Assembly (NCBI GenBank): GCA_963717465.1
Contig: OY970340.1
Location: forward strand, 2,989,890-3,053,889
Reading direction: 5' to 3'
Length of the DNA: 64,000 nucleotides
Source: Candidatus Bathyarchaeota archaeon
GTDB lineage: Archaea; Thermoproteota; Bathyarchaeia; Bathyarchaeales; Bathycorpusculaceae
This document shows, piece by piece, positions 10,699-22,278 of this stretch. Made by a program: the position numbers and the translations under genes. Every line of letters starts with the position of its first letter. The stretch's first letter is position 1. The notes under the pieces are model-generated. The model saw only the letters and a program-made list of their open reading frames with translations, had not been told where the DNA came from and made no database searches.

Positions 10699-11016
10699 CT
10701 AGTATCTGCGGCTGCGCGTTACTGCTCGCAGGATAAGCCAAAGACCAATCAAAACCAGAATTAACGGCCAAAAATAAACAAACAGAGCAGTTATGCCAAC
10801 AAGAAGGAGCAAGCCGATGATTATGACTATTAACCCAAAGAATATGAGCCCAAGGCGGCTGCCTCTTCTGCGGTAATAGTTAGATGAATCATGGTAGGGG
10901 TGATTGTGCCTGTAATAAGACATTTCAGATTTTACTGAGGGCAATGGTGCTCCACACTTAGAACATACGATAGATTCATCAGAATTTTTTGCACCGCATC
11001 TTGTACAAAAGGGCAT
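10699..11016 (-). CDS. Zinc-ribbon membrane protein
   Basis: CTRCG...CSKCG followed by two TM helices. Confidence 0.75.
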   Translation of the reverse strand: MPFCTRCGAKNSDESIVCSKCGAPLPSVKSEMSYYRHNHPYHDSSNYYRRRGSRLGLIFFGLIVIIIGLLLLVGITALFVYFWPLILVLIGLWLILRAVTRSRRY

Positions 11017-11177
11017 TTACTTTCTTTAAAGTCTATGATTTAGTTTACTCATAAAATTTTTGGTTGAGGATTATTTTTTTGGCAAGAATAATTAAAAGCA
11101 TGCTGATTCATTGAACAAGTTGGCAGTCTAAGGCAAAAAATTTTAATTTATCGTATTCCAGTATAATCAAGATTAAA

Positions 11178-11411
11178 TTGCCTAAAGCATATGTATTAAT
11201 TAATGTGGAGTCAGGTTCGGAAGATAAGGTTATCAGCCAACTAAAATCACTGGAAGGAATAAAGGAAGCCTACTTTTCTTACGGAGTTTACGATATAATT
11301 ACCAAAGTTGAAGCCGATTCGATGGAGAAGCTTAAAGACATGGTAACCCGCAAGATTAGAAGCCTAAATAGTGTTCGGTCAACATTAACTTTGATACTAA
11401 CAGAAGAATAA
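11178..11411 (+). CDS. Stand-alone Lrp/AsnC ligand-binding (RAM) domain protein
   Basis: AYVLINV...GVYDIITKV...VRSTLTLI. Confidence 0.88.
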   Translation: MPKAYVLINVESGSEDKVISQLKSLEGIKEAYFSYGVYDIITKVEADSMEKLKDMVTRKIRSLNSVRSTLTLILTEE

Positions 11412-11470
11412 ACTCAACTGCACATCTTCTTCAGCTTGATGATTCGCTTTTCCGTCTTAGTCTTCAAGAA

Positions 11471-12839
11471 TTACTCTGGTTCGATATGAACTGTAACAAC
11501 TGCGCCTGAGAAGTGCTCTTTGACTTCCTTTTCAATTTGGGAAGCAAGCTTATGCGCTTCAGTTATCTTTACTTGTTTTGTGAAAGAGCAGTCTAAGTTA
11601 ATGAAGCGTTTGCTATCAGCTGCGTATGTTACTATCCGTTTCACATGAAGGTCACCAGGCATTTCTTTAACAACATCATTAACTACCATTCTAAGCTGAA
11701 GTTCATCGAATTCTGCGCCCTTAACAGGCGTCCCATACGGCTCCATGTGGACAGTTACGTTTTCAAGCGGTTTAATTTCTGCATGCATTCGACTTTCAAT
11801 TTTCTCTGCGATTTTATGTGTTTCTTCAACAGAAAGTCTTGGATCGACATAAGCATGTAGAGTAATGTATAATTTGCCGCACGTGTAAATTATCGAGATT
11901 TCATGCACTTCTTTGACGTCTTCAACTGACGCAAGTTTCTTTACAAGTGCTTCCATTTTTGTTGCCTTGTCTGACGGTTCAATGTGAATGGTCGGTTCAA
12001 CATTTCCAAAAGTCTTTTTTAAGTTAGTTTCAATTTTTGAAGCTAATTCGTGGGCTTCTTCTAAACTCATTAAGTTTGAAACATGAATTGTAGCCTCCAC
12101 AAAAATTTTTGAGACTCACTTTCCGAGCCTTCAAGTTATCTGCTGCTACAACACCCTCTTGATCGCAAATATTTTTTGTTAATTTTTGAATTAGCTCTTT
12201 TGAAGCAGTATCGCTTAACTCCATTACGCATGTTCTCATAAGCCTATAGCTTAAGTAAATAAGCATTACACCCAGAAAAATTGATGCATAAGCGTCACTA
12301 TTGTAAAAGCCTAAAGTAGCTAAACCGAAACCAGCCAGTGCAATTATTGTTGAGCCAAAATCGGAAAGGGCATTGTAAAATCCCGCTTTTATGGAAGTAC
12401 TTTCAATCTGGTTGGCCTTTCTGAAAATAGTAAGTCGAACAATGTCTATGAATAAAGTGTAGCCAATAGCGACGAATCCTGCGAACTCTATGCTCTGTTT
12501 AAAAGGAGCAGGCACAATTAATCTACTCCCTGCCTCATAGAATATCAACAAAGCTAAAACGATGAAAATTACTCCGGCGATCAATCCGCCTATGGCTTCA
12601 AACTTTTCATGACCGTAAGTGTGTTCTTCATCTGGCGGTTTCATGGAGGCACTTGTGGCAAAAAACAACAAGACGGTTGATACAACGTCTACGGTCGCGT
12701 GCAAACCATCGCTTAAAATGGCTAAACTGCCAACGACATAACCTATAGTGATTTCCACAATCATAACGCTGGCGAGGGTCACAGAACCCCATTTTAGGGC
12801 ACTAAGTTTATACGAATCTTGTGAACTGCTTTGCATCAC
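11471..12839 (-). CDS. Cation diffusion facilitator with repeated C-terminal dimerization domains; one frameshift near 12110
   Basis: SLAILSDGLH, PPDEEHTYGH, repeated HIEP/HMEP; two overlapping ORFs join into one protein. Confidence 0.85.
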
Positions 12840-13023
12840 GCAATCAGAAGAATATGCTTAGTTGAGGGCGATTTAAGAGTTGTGGGGATCAAGAAAAACC
12901 ATTTTTGATTTGCGTTATACATCTGAAATGTTCGTTTTTGTTAAGCGAAATTCAAAAATTTAGCTTTAAATAGATAGGCATTTAGGGTTGAATTTATTAT
13001 TTAGAGGAAACGGTTGATGGGTC

Positions 13024-14308
13024 ATGGCTTTGGTAAAGATACGGGAAATCTTAGATGGCTTGCATTCGGACCAGAAGGTAGCTGTTAGAGGTTGGGTTTA
13101 TAGAAAACGAGAAGGAAAAGAACTCATATTCCTAGTAATCCGTGATTCAACAGGCGTAATACAATGCACCGTGAAAAAGGGAAGCCCATGCTGGAACCAA
13201 GCGGAAAAATTAACGATTGAATCAGCCCTTACGCTTGAAGGCATAGCAAAACAGGATAAACGTGCTCCAGGCGGTTACGAAATAACAGCGGAAAACATTA
13301 CAATTATAGGTTTAGCTGAAGTTTTTCCCATTTCCAAAGACAAAAGCGAGGAGTTCATTCGTGACATGCGTCACCTTTGGCTGCGAAGCCGCAAAATGAA
13401 CCTGGTAATGAAGGTTCGTGCAAAAGTTTTAGATGCTGCCCGCGAATACTTTGAAAAACAAAAATTCACTGAAATTTCTCCACCCATGTTCATCTCCGCT
13501 GCAGTGGAGGGTGGTTCAACTCTTTTCGGCTTGAAAGTATTTTGATCAAGATTTGTATTTAACTCAGAGTTCACAATTGTATCTTGAAATACTGATATTT
13601 TCTTTGGAGAAAGTTTACTGTATTGCTCCTTCTTTTCGGGCTGAGAAAAGCAGGACGATTAGACATCTAACTGAGTATTGGCACATTGAAGGAGAATGGC
13701 CTTTTGCTGATATGAATGACATAATGGTTTTTGAAGAAGGCTTAATGACGTATATTTGCCAGATCATCAGCGAGAAATGTAAAACTGAGTTTGCAGAGCT
13801 AGGAGCAGACATATCAAAGTTAGCAGCAGTTAAAGCGCCGTTTCCAAGAATAACTTACAAAGAAGCCATTGAGCGTCTTCAAACTAAAAATCCAACTTTG
13901 AAGTGGGGGGTTGATTTAGGTTATGAAGACGAAAAAGTTCTAGCTGAGGATTTCGGAAAGCCCTTCTTTGTCTATGATTATCCAACTGAGATTAAAGCGT
14001 TTTATTGCAAGACATACAGTGAAAACCCAAAAGTAGCAATGTCCGTGGACATGATGGTTCCTCGAATAGGAGAAATATCCACAGGCGGCGCAAGAGAAGA
14101 AGACAAAAACATTCTCATTCAACGCATGAAAGAGCAGGGCCTAAAACCTGAAGATTACGAATGGTACCTTGACCTTAGACGTTACGGAACTGTACCGCAC
14201 GTTGGCTTTGGAATGGGCTTAGAGAGACTGCTAACTTGGATGCTTGACTTAGACAACATAATCGATGCCATCCCGTTCCCAAGGACTACAAGAAGATTCT
14301 ATCCATAA
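13024..14308 (+). CDS. asnS: Asparagine-tRNA ligase; apparent +1 frameshift near 13535
   Basis: OB fold, EGGSTLF, YLTQSSQLYLE, FRAEKSRTIRHLTEYW, GFGMGLERL; removing one A of TTGAAAGTAT restores LKYFDQDLYL. Confidence 0.9.
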
Positions 14309-14405
14309 AAAAAGCCAAAAATGACCAATTAAAGTCGCCAACTTCAATTGATTGGCAATATCCATTTTCAATTAGTGCAACGTTTCAGCGGCAATTCTTT
14401 CGGGT

Positions 14406-15836
14406 TTATACTGCTTTGCGGAGGTCATCTCTAATGTCGTTAACTCTCATCAAATTCGAGAGGAACACGTTTCTCCTGTAAGAACTCTTCAGAGTTCTCG
14501 ACAATTCTTTCATTAGGTAAGATGGACGCTTAACATGTTCAAAAAAAGCGTTATGCATCATCTTCTTGATTTCAGGAACAGGTACGGCTGTCGGGCAAAC
14601 TTCTGAAACGGCTACGCCTGTTTCCCAGTTTTCTTCAACGTTTAACGATCCCTTCGCTACCAACTCATTCCAAATTTCATTTCCGGGATGGGCTACTAAA
14701 ATGCTAAACTGAGGCAAGTCGATGGGAATGTCTCTGGCAAAGTTAATGGTGTTTTGGATTTCTTCTCTGGATTCGTCTGGTGCACCCATTATGAATGAGC
14801 CGATTATTATGTCGGTACCTGCCTTTCGAGCAGTTTTTACTGCGTTTTTGGATTTTTCAGGAGTAATGGATTTGTTGTAATAATTTAGGAGCCGCTGATT
14901 TGCGTTTTCAATGCCAAAGTATAGTATTTTTAGACCAGCTTTATTCATTTCATTGAACAATTCATGGGAACAGTTGTCAACTCTGCCCTCGCAGATCCAT
15001 TCTATATCCAATTTTTCTTTTTTGATTGCCTTGCAAATTTCAATTGCTCTTTTCGGGTTTAACGTGAAACTGTCATCTACGAATATTATTTGTTTATAAC
15101 CTTGACTCTCTAAAAGAGAGAGCTCTTCAACGGTGCTTTTAACTGACCGCGGCCTCCAATTATTTCTAGCAAGCTTGGTACAATTGCAGAATCTGCAATG
15201 GTAAACGCAACCGCGACTGGTAACAATTCCCGTAAATTTCTTGGGCGCCACATTTGCTCCGCCTATTAGACAGTGATATTCAATGTCAAGTAAACTGCGA
15301 TCCGGAAAAGGTAAAGAATCCAAATCCTGAATCAACGCTTGATCAGGAGTGGAAACAAGACTTTGATTTTTCCTAAAAGTAATTCCTCTAACGCTGGCAA
15401 AGTCGCCATTCTTAGTCATGCATTCTGCAAGTTCGATTATTGTTTTTTCTCCTTCTCCACGAACGACGACGTCTACACTCGGATACTTTTCCAAAATGCG
15501 TTCAGCATTAAATGTGGCATAATGATTGCCGAAAAGAACTTTTATGTTTGGATTAATCGTTTTTACTTTTTCACTGATTAATGCTGCAGTTATGCCTGAA
15601 GACGCAAGCGTTGAAAAACCTAATACATCTGGGTTTTCATTCAGTATCCAATTCACGGTTTCGTCTATCGTTAGGCCTTGTCCAGGCTGATCTAGCACTG
15701 AAGCTTCAAAACCATTATCTTCGAGCACAGCAGCCAAATATAAAAGTCCTAAAGGGGGAAATGCAGCGATAGACTTGTTTTTTTCGCGTTCTTCCAGACA
15801 CTCATTTGGACTGGCACTGACGAGACAGAATTTCAT
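14406..15836 (-). CDS. Cobalamin-binding radical SAM protein
   Basis: PPLGLLYLAA B12-binding domain; SRGCVYHCRFC. Confidence 0.92.
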   Translation of the reverse strand: MKFCLVSASPNECLEEREKNKSIAAFPPLGLLYLAAVLEDNGFEASVLDQPGQGLTIDETVNWILNENPDVLGFSTLASSGITAALISEKVKTINPNIKVLFGNHYATFNAERILEKYPSVDVVVRGEGEKTIIELAECMTKNGDFASVRGITFRKNQSLVSTPDQALIQDLDSLPFPDRSLLDIEYHCLIGGANVAPKKFTGIVTSRGCVYHCRFCNCTKLARNNWRPRSVKSTVEELSLLESQGYKQIIFVDDSFTLNPKRAIEICKAIKKEKLDIEWICEGRVDNCSHELFNEMNKAGLKILYFGIENANQRLLNYYNKSITPEKSKNAVKTARKAGTDIIIGSFIMGAPDESREEIQNTINFARDIPIDLPQFSILVAHPGNEIWNELVAKGSLNVEENWETGVAVSEVCPTAVPVPEIKKMMHNAFFEHVKRPSYLMKELSRTLKSSYRRNVFLSNLMRVNDIRDDLRKAV

Positions 15837-15973
15837 CTTAGCATCATTTAACTAGTAACTGTTAACAGAATTTAAATATTAGTATGCAAAAAGCAAGATG
15901 CACAAAAAACTAATCTAAAACTTGATTCATAAGAAGCAATTTAGGGCTTAAAATATAGTCATTCGATATACCT

Positions 15974-16528
15974 TCACTGAAAGGTAGTTTGCTCAATAAA
16001 TAGTCTTAAAATATCAGGGTTTCTCACTTCAGGATGAAAAAGAACACCAAATACCTGTTTTTCCTTATGCTTGATCGCTTGAACACATTTAACTGATTTT
16101 GCTAAGACGTCAAAATCTGTTATTTCTTCTATGCAGTAGCCGTGAAGAGAGTATGCTTCGAACTCTTTTTTAAAAAGCGGATTTTCTTTGAGGGTTGATA
16201 TTCGAGTCATGCCTATTTCTAGGCAACGAGTTAAACGGCATCCATAAACCAAACCGATTGTCTGCATTCCTGCGCATATGCCCAAGATTGGCTTGCTGAT
16301 TTCCTTTAGCCAAATAAATTTTTCTGGATGAGTTAAAGTCGTTGTATCTTTAAGCGGTGTTCCAGAAAGAATAATTTTATCACTTCTGGATAGGTCTTGG
16401 CTTGTTGCTTCAAGATAATGCTTTACTGAGAAATCATCCAGCGGCTTAACGATTGATATTATTGGTGTGACAAATTCGTCAAAAGCTAAGGAGTTTTTTT
16501 TCCAGTTCATGTCAATAATCAATATCAT
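15974..16528 (-). CDS. Class I glutamine amidotransferase subunit
   Basis: ILSG, GICAGMQ (nucleophile Cys), FHPE; overlaps the dph6 stop by 4 nt. Confidence 0.88.
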   Translation of the reverse strand: MILIIDMNWKKNSLAFDEFVTPIISIVKPLDDFSVKHYLEATSQDLSRSDKIILSGTPLKDTTTLTHPEKFIWLKEISKPILGICAGMQTIGLVYGCRLTRCLEIGMTRISTLKENPLFKKEFEAYSLHGYCIEEITDFDVLAKSVKCVQAIKHKEKQVFGVLFHPEVRNPDILRLFIEQTTFQ

Positions 16529-17205
16529 TTGGGAACCAACCGAGCTTGTTTAACTATAAAAACTCCAGAATTTCCCCTTGATTCAACCGTGTAATCTATG
16601 ACCTGTATTTTTTGTTTAAACAAAGGTGCATCCAAAACTGTTGTCTCAATCTCTCCACCTTCCCCTGATGGACTGATGTCAAAATCTTCTTGCAGCTTAA
16701 CCAGTCTTGCTATCACTTGAGTATCTATTTCTTTTCCAAGCCACTTTTCATCAAGCGGGTAAGCGAATATGCCAGAAATCATAACTTTGAATTGCTTCGC
16801 CACAAGAGTTTCCAGTAACGCTTTTTGGTCGTGTTTCCATAAAGGGTTAAAACACCACACATTCAATCGGTTGCAGACGCGTTGAATGCGTTGTGCTTGA
16901 TAAACAGATTCTACGGCGCCAGTAACAATTCCTTCGATTTTAAAATCCATAATTGCCTGGTCAATCGCTTTCTCTAAATCTGTCAGTTCTTCCTCCTTTA
17001 CGCCTTCAGTGACCACTGAGACTAAGGGAAGACGCAAGGCTTCTGCTTGAAGCGATGTTAAATTGATGTTTGGGGTGTGAAACATGAAGCTTTCTTTATT
17101 TCTTGAAATTACAGTAATCAGGCATTCAACTTCCTCTTTTGCCGCAGCTAAGTGTAGCGCAAGTGTTGAGTCTTTGCCTCCTGAGAAAAGAACACCCAAT
17201 TTCAT
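16525..17205 (-). CDS. dph6: Diphthine-ammonia ligase (Dph6-type PP-loop ATPase)
   Basis: SGGKDS, FMFH, GEGGEIET. Confidence 0.88.
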   Translation of the reverse strand: MKLGVLFSGGKDSTLALHLAAAKEEVECLITVISRNKESFMFHTPNINLTSLQAEALRLPLVSVVTEGVKEEELTDLEKAIDQAIMDFKIEGIVTGAVESVYQAQRIQRVCNRLNVWCFNPLWKHDQKALLETLVAKQFKVMISGIFAYPLDEKWLGKEIDTQVIARLVKLQEDFDISPSGEGGEIETTVLDAPLFKQKIQVIDYTVESRGNSGVFIVKQARLVPK

Positions 17206-17285
17206 ACGTTAAAATTAAAAAGAAGTTGTTTATATGTTACATGTTAAAAAAGCAGGCAACAATGCAATTTTATCTATGCATATAC

Positions 17286-18470
17286 TCAGACTTTGACGCT
17301 GCAGACATTTTTTATTTCTTTGAGTTTTTTGATCGTTTCAAGATTGACTTTTTGATGCAGCACGTAAACGGATATTGCAAAGTCGCCATTTCCAATCTGC
17401 CTTGAATAGTTTGATCTTATGTTTATGTCGCTGTCAGCTAAAACCTTGTCAATGTTAGCGAAGACGCCTGGAACATCCCGATGATGAATGAACAATGTGT
17501 AAACAGGTTTTTCTTCCAACTCTATGCTTTCTCCAGCATTCACCGCGTTAGTAAAGTCTCCGCCTAAAAGATAGGCAGAAATAACACGAGCCATTTCAGT
17601 AGCAGTTTCTCTTTGAGCCTCAATCGTTGAAGCACCAAGGTGACTGCTGAAAACTACCTTGTCAAGCTCCAAGAGTTTATTTTTGAATTCAGCACCCTCA
17701 GCTTTAGGCTCTTCAGAAAAAACGTCAAGGGCGGCTCCAGCAATTTTTCCTTCTTTCAGAGCATCATATAACGCTTGTTCATCTACGTTGCTGCCTCTTG
17801 AAGTATTAATCAAGTACGCAGTCGGCTTCATCAACGCTAATTCTTTTGCGCCAATTACAACGTCTTTTCCGCCTGTGTGAATAGTTATGAAATCAGCCTT
17901 TGCAAGAAGTTCTTCTTTTGCAACCATTTTTATGTTGGTTTCAACGGGTGGCTTTATATCGTAACCAAGAACTTCCATGTCAAAACCGCGTTTTGCGATT
18001 TCAGCCACTTTTTGACCAATTCTTCCACAGCCTAAAATACCAATTGTCTTTAAGGAAAGCTCAGTTCCCTTTAATTTGTCTTTTTTCCATACTTTGTTTT
18101 TTAGCGATTGATGTGCTTGGGGAGTATTTCGCGAAATACTTAACATTAAACCAAGAGTTAACTCGGCAACGGCTCTAGTGCTTCCATACGGAGCAGATTT
18201 AACGACAATACCGAATTCTGAGGCAGATGCCACATCAATGTTATCAAATCCAACACCTGCGCGTCCGATAATTTTGAGTTTTCCTTTTGCGCCTGCTTCA
18301 ATAACCTCCCGGGTTACTTTTGTTGCGCTTCTAACAATTATTGCGTCAAATTGCCCAGCATCGGCGATAAGCTTGTTCAAATCCCTTTTTTGAGTGTCGG
18401 TTTCTATACCTGCCGAATTAAGGATTTGCAAGCCTTCTTTTTCTAAACCATCATTTAATAGTGCCTTCAT
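17286..18470 (-). CDS. serA: D-3-phosphoglycerate dehydrogenase with ACT domain
   Basis: RAGVGFDNID, GCGRIG, INTSRG, HLGAST, C-terminal H-D-PG ACT domain. Confidence 0.88.
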   Translation of the reverse strand: MKALLNDGLEKEGLQILNSAGIETDTQKRDLNKLIADAGQFDAIIVRSATKVTREVIEAGAKGKLKIIGRAGVGFDNIDVASASEFGIVVKSAPYGSTRAVAELTLGLMLSISRNTPQAHQSLKNKVWKKDKLKGTELSLKTIGILGCGRIGQKVAEIAKRGFDMEVLGYDIKPPVETNIKMVAKEELLAKADFITIHTGGKDVVIGAKELALMKPTAYLINTSRGSNVDEQALYDALKEGKIAGAALDVFSEEPKAEGAEFKNKLLELDKVVFSSHLGASTIEAQRETATEMARVISAYLLGGDFTNAVNAGESIELEEKPVYTLFIHHRDVPGVFANIDKVLADSDINIRSNYSRQIGNGDFAISVYVLHQKVNLETIKKLKEIKNVCSVKV

Positions 18471-18509
18471 TTTAAGAGCCTTCCTTCTATAGGTTCTGAT
18501 GTTTGAGAT

Positions 18510-18848
18510 TTAAGCTGATTGGCTTTTTTCAATTATAAACGTTCCTGAAAACATCCCCCATAACATTTGTTCAAACTTTCGTTTTCGCTTAGCAGGCTTG
18601 CTTACCCGAGTGGATGCTATTTCAAAAGTTGATAATTGACGGCAATAGGGGCAACGTAGACGACGCTTGTTTCCATAACGCAGAGAAGTTATTGTTGCCC
18701 CTGGAACCCAATGGAAATTAAAATATTTTTTACAGTTTGGGCATATGAGTCTTGATGTATAATGCGGTCCATACCTTGGAAGAAGAATAAAGAATACTAC
18801 AAAACCAATCATTATTACTGGAAAAAGGATTAAGAGAATTTCATCCAT
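18510..18848 (-). CDS. Membrane-anchored zinc-ribbon protein
   Basis: N-terminal TM helix; CPNC...CPYC. Confidence 0.65.
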   Translation of the reverse strand: MDEILLILFPVIMIGFVVFFILLPRYGPHYTSRLICPNCKKYFNFHWVPGATITSLRYGNKRRLRCPYCRQLSTFEIASTRVSKPAKRKRKFEQMLWGMFSGTFIIEKSQSA

Positions 18849-19032
18849 GAATTTTTCAAAGTATGAAATAAATGATTACTTATTAACATTTTTGTTCAAA
18901 CATTTCAATACTTAAAGGATAGCATAAATCCTTGATTCATGAAAACAAGGAACAGGGAAGAATCGACGAAAAGAAGAGAAATATGAAAAATTATGCATTG
19001 CTTTCGGTTCTGGAAAAAAAAGGTAAAGCTTA

Positions 19033-20382
19033 CTAAGCTTTCTTGATGTATTTTAAAGCTTCTTCTAGGCTTTGGAAACAATATTTTACTTGGTTGAAGT
19101 CTTTTTTGAATGCAAGCACATCTTGCTTAACTTCGGCTGGTTTGCGCTTGCCCTTTATCACGTCAAGCATTAAGTCGCAAAGATGTTTAACATCGCTTTC
19201 TCTGAATCCTCGTCGGGTGACATCTTGCCATCCGACTCTTAAGCCTGAAGGATCTTCTTTGCCGCTTTGATTGTCATATGGTAGAAGGTTCTTGTTTAGA
19301 ATAATGTTTGCGTCTTCAAGGTCTTGGGCAATTTTATTGCCACCGCCGAAATTGCGAATATCTATTGCTATTTGATGCGATCTTGTGAATCCTTTCTTCT
19401 CAGCGAGAACTTTAACGCCGTTCTCATACAAGTATTGCCCTGCAGTCTGAGCATTCTTCACTATTTGCGTTGCATACTCAGCGCCAAATAACTTCATTTC
19501 CAAAGCAGCAACACCCAAAGCAGGCAATCTGCCTAAATGAGTATTGGATGTGCTAAGCGGAAAAATGGCTAATTGTATTTTTTTAGCGGCTTTTTCTAAA
19601 GCTGGAGTTGAGGGATTACCCATGATTACACCACCCTGCGGTCCTGGAAAAGTCTTGTGAGTTGAAGCAGAAATAAAGTCTGCACCTTCGCGAAGAGGAT
19701 CTTGGAATAATCCACCTGCAACCAAACCTAAGACGTGTGATGAATCATATACTACGTAAGCGCCAACTTCGTCGCATACAGCTTTTAGTTCTTTTACTGG
19801 GTGGGGGAATAGAAAGAGGCTTCCGCCAAAGGTTACTATTCCTGGTCTAGATGACCGGATAACGTAAGCTGATTTGTCTGGATCAATGTTGAACTCGTCT
19901 ATGTTGTAGACATGATTAATGTTTTCTAAACTAAGGACATTGCCTGCTAAGCCTGTGTAATCATGTGATATGTGGGCACCGCAGCTTAAGGGAGTTACAA
20001 CCATTTTATTTCTTTTAGAAGCTAACGCTAAGCCTTTGAACGCACAAAGGTTTGCATGTTCGCCAGAGATCAAACGTACATCAGCCCAGGTGCATTTGAA
20101 TAAGCTTTTCATAAGATCGGTTGTGCAATCTTCGATTGGTGACATGTATTTTTGGCCTTGATAATACCGTTTTTTAACGTGACCTTCAAGGTCGTTATCA
20201 CCTTCAGCGTACCTGCTTTCCAAGTCGGATGATAGGTTAAGCGCTTGGATGACTGCTGGGGATTTTAAGCCTTCACTTGCGATTAGGTTGATGCATTCTT
20301 TGTCCCTGTATTGCTCGTGCATTTTGCTTGCTTGGACTAGATCCATAAACGTGTCGTTGAAGTCTTTCATTTCTTTTACCAC
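19033..20382 (-). CDS. glyA: Serine hydroxymethyltransferase (archaeal type)
   Basis: LIASE, YAEG, STHKTFPGPQGG, PSGLRVG. Confidence 0.95.
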   Translation of the reverse strand: MVKEMKDFNDTFMDLVQASKMHEQYRDKECINLIASEGLKSPAVIQALNLSSDLESRYAEGDNDLEGHVKKRYYQGQKYMSPIEDCTTDLMKSLFKCTWADVRLISGEHANLCAFKGLALASKRNKMVVTPLSCGAHISHDYTGLAGNVLSLENINHVYNIDEFNIDPDKSAYVIRSSRPGIVTFGGSLFLFPHPVKELKAVCDEVGAYVVYDSSHVLGLVAGGLFQDPLREGADFISASTHKTFPGPQGGVIMGNPSTPALEKAAKKIQLAIFPLSTSNTHLGRLPALGVAALEMKLFGAEYATQIVKNAQTAGQYLYENGVKVLAEKKGFTRSHQIAIDIRNFGGGNKIAQDLEDANIILNKNLLPYDNQSGKEDPSGLRVGWQDVTRRGFRESDVKHLCDLMLDVIKGKRKPAEVKQDVLAFKKDFNQVKYCFQSLEEALKYIKKA

Positions 20383-20562
20383 GCTAATTATGAACGTGAA
20401 TTATCTTTGCAGTATTTAGCCGTTACTAAAAAAAAATGCGTCTTTATGGTACTAGTTTGTTGTTTTGCTTGCTCTGATTTCTTAGTCTATTACGCCTTCG
20501 CCTCAAACTAAATACGCGTTTCCCATAAAATGAGCTTACGCAGCAACAATCTAACCAGCAAA

Positions 20563-22278
20563 TTACTGCTTTAGCAATTTCTTGAAATCTTCAAGCTTTC
20601 TCGTATTAACTATATTCTTGGCGGTTGCCCATCCACGTCTAGCTTGAGCGACTCCTAACTCTAAATAATGCATGTGTGCAATGCTATGGGAATCGGAGCT
20701 AATGCCAAGTTTGACGCCTGCCTGAACAGCTTTTCTGATATGTTCATCCCTTAAATCAAGCCTGTCAGGATACGAATCGATGTCCATGATTGTTCCATTT
20801 CCTTTTGCAACCTCAAGAACTCTGTCTAAGTCAAGCTTTATTGGTTCTCTTCGCTGAATTTCCCTTGAAGTGGGGTGAAACAGAATATCTAAGTTCGGGT
20901 TCTCGATGGCTTTCATGACCCGCTTTGTCATCTCATCTTTATCCATTTCAAAATGTGAATGAACCGCTGCTCCGACAACATCCAGGTTTTTCAAGGCTTC
21001 ATCTGAAATATCCATGTTCCCGTCTTTTAAAATGTTAAGTTCAACCCCTTTAAGAACAGTTATCCCATCAAGCTTCTCATTCACCATATCGATTTCTTTT
21101 GCTTGCTCAAGCAAACCCTCTTCATCTAGCCCGCCTGTCATCGCTAAATACTTTGAATGGTCTGAAATGACAATGTATTCTAAACCATTCTTTTTTGCTT
21201 GTTCAGCCATCTCCATTATCGAATTCTGGCCATCAGTCCAGTTGGAGTGAACCTGAAGGTCACCCCGCAAATTTTTCAGCTCCACAAGTTCGGGAAGCAC
21301 ACCTTTTTTTGCCGCTTCAATCTCTCCCGTGTTCTCTCTCAGTTCAGGGGGAATCCATTGAAGCCCAAGTTTTTCATAGACTTCTTGCTCGCTTTCTCCT
21401 GCAATTTGCTTTTCTTTTTCAAACAAGCCATATTCGCTTAGTTTCCAGCCCTTATCCTGCGCGATTCTTCTTAACGCAATATTGTGGTCTTTGTTTCCCG
21501 TAAAGTACTGAGATGCTGCCCCGAAGCTTACTGCAGGCAAGGTTCGAATGTCCGCGTTCATTCCAGTTTTCAGTTTAACTGCTGACTTGGTTTTTCCCTT
21601 CTCAATAACCTGCATCACTTCAGGCATTGAAACAAAAAAATCCATAACTTCCTTTGAATTTTCAGTCTGAACAAGAAAATCTACGTCTCCGATTGTTTCC
21701 TTCATTCGCCTAACTGATCCGGAAGGCAAAACTTTCTTTACATCTGGAACATTGCTTAGTCGTTCTTCAATGTCTCGAATAAGCGGAAGAGTAAAGCCAA
21801 GAATGAATCGTCCTCTGCTTTTCTTGGCAAATTCAATTGATTTGAGGATGTTTTCTTCGGTTTTTTTCTTGAAATGTGGCAATTCTGAAATCTGATGGGA
21901 TAACGCAGCCTTTTCCAGATCATCCATGTTCTTAATTTTTAGTTTATCCCATAATACCTTGATCTTTTTTGGACCTAACCCTTCAATTCCTGATAAACTT
22001 TCAAGGTCAACTGGAACTTTTTTTCTCAAATCCTCGTAGTACTGAATTTTTCCTGTATTGATCAGTTCCTCGATTTTTTCAGCCATGCTTTCGCCGACGC
22101 CTGGTATCTGCTTCAAACCTTTGATGCCTTGTTTTCGGTAGATGCTTTCGACATCTTCTTCTAACGCTTCAATCGATATAGCGCCTTTTTCGTATGCTCT
22201 CGGCTTAAAAGGAACATCATCCATTTCTAACAATAATGAGATGTTTCTGAGAATTCGGGCAACTTCAAAATTCTTCAT
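20563..22278 (-). CDS. polX: DNA polymerase X with PHP domain
   Basis: HhH motifs, GSVRR..IGDVD, YFTG, PHP motifs HSNWTDG/DHS/SDSH. Confidence 0.95.
   Translation of the reverse strand: MKNFEVARILRNISLLLEMDDVPFKPRAYEKGAISIEALEEDVESIYRKQGIKGLKQIPGVGESMAEKIEELINTGKIQYYEDLRKKVPVDLESLSGIEGLGPKKIKVLWDKLKIKNMDDLEKAALSHQISELPHFKKKTEENILKSIEFAKKSRGRFILGFTLPLIRDIEERLSNVPDVKKVLPSGSVRRMKETIGDVDFLVQTENSKEVMDFFVSMPEVMQVIEKGKTKSAVKLKTGMNADIRTLPAVSFGAASQYFTGNKDHNIALRRIAQDKGWKLSEYGLFEKEKQIAGESEQEVYEKLGLQWIPPELRENTGEIEAAKKGVLPELVELKNLRGDLQVHSNWTDGQNSIMEMAEQAKKNGLEYIVISDHSKYLAMTGGLDEEGLLEQAKEIDMVNEKLDGITVLKGVELNILKDGNMDISDEALKNLDVVGAAVHSHFEMDKDEMTKRVMKAIENPNLDILFHPTSREIQRREPIKLDLDRVLEVAKGNGTIMDIDSYPDRLDLRDEHIRKAVQAGVKLGISSDSHSIAHMHYLELGVAQARRGWATAKNIVNTRKLEDFKKLLKQ

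Noticed and set aside
13520..13560. Programmed frameshift in asnS
   Set aside because: No canonical slippery heptamer or obvious stimulator, and similar one-base breaks occur in unrelated genes.
20563..22278. PolX as a novel or inactive variant
   Set aside because: The catalytic DxD and PHP ligands look canonical.
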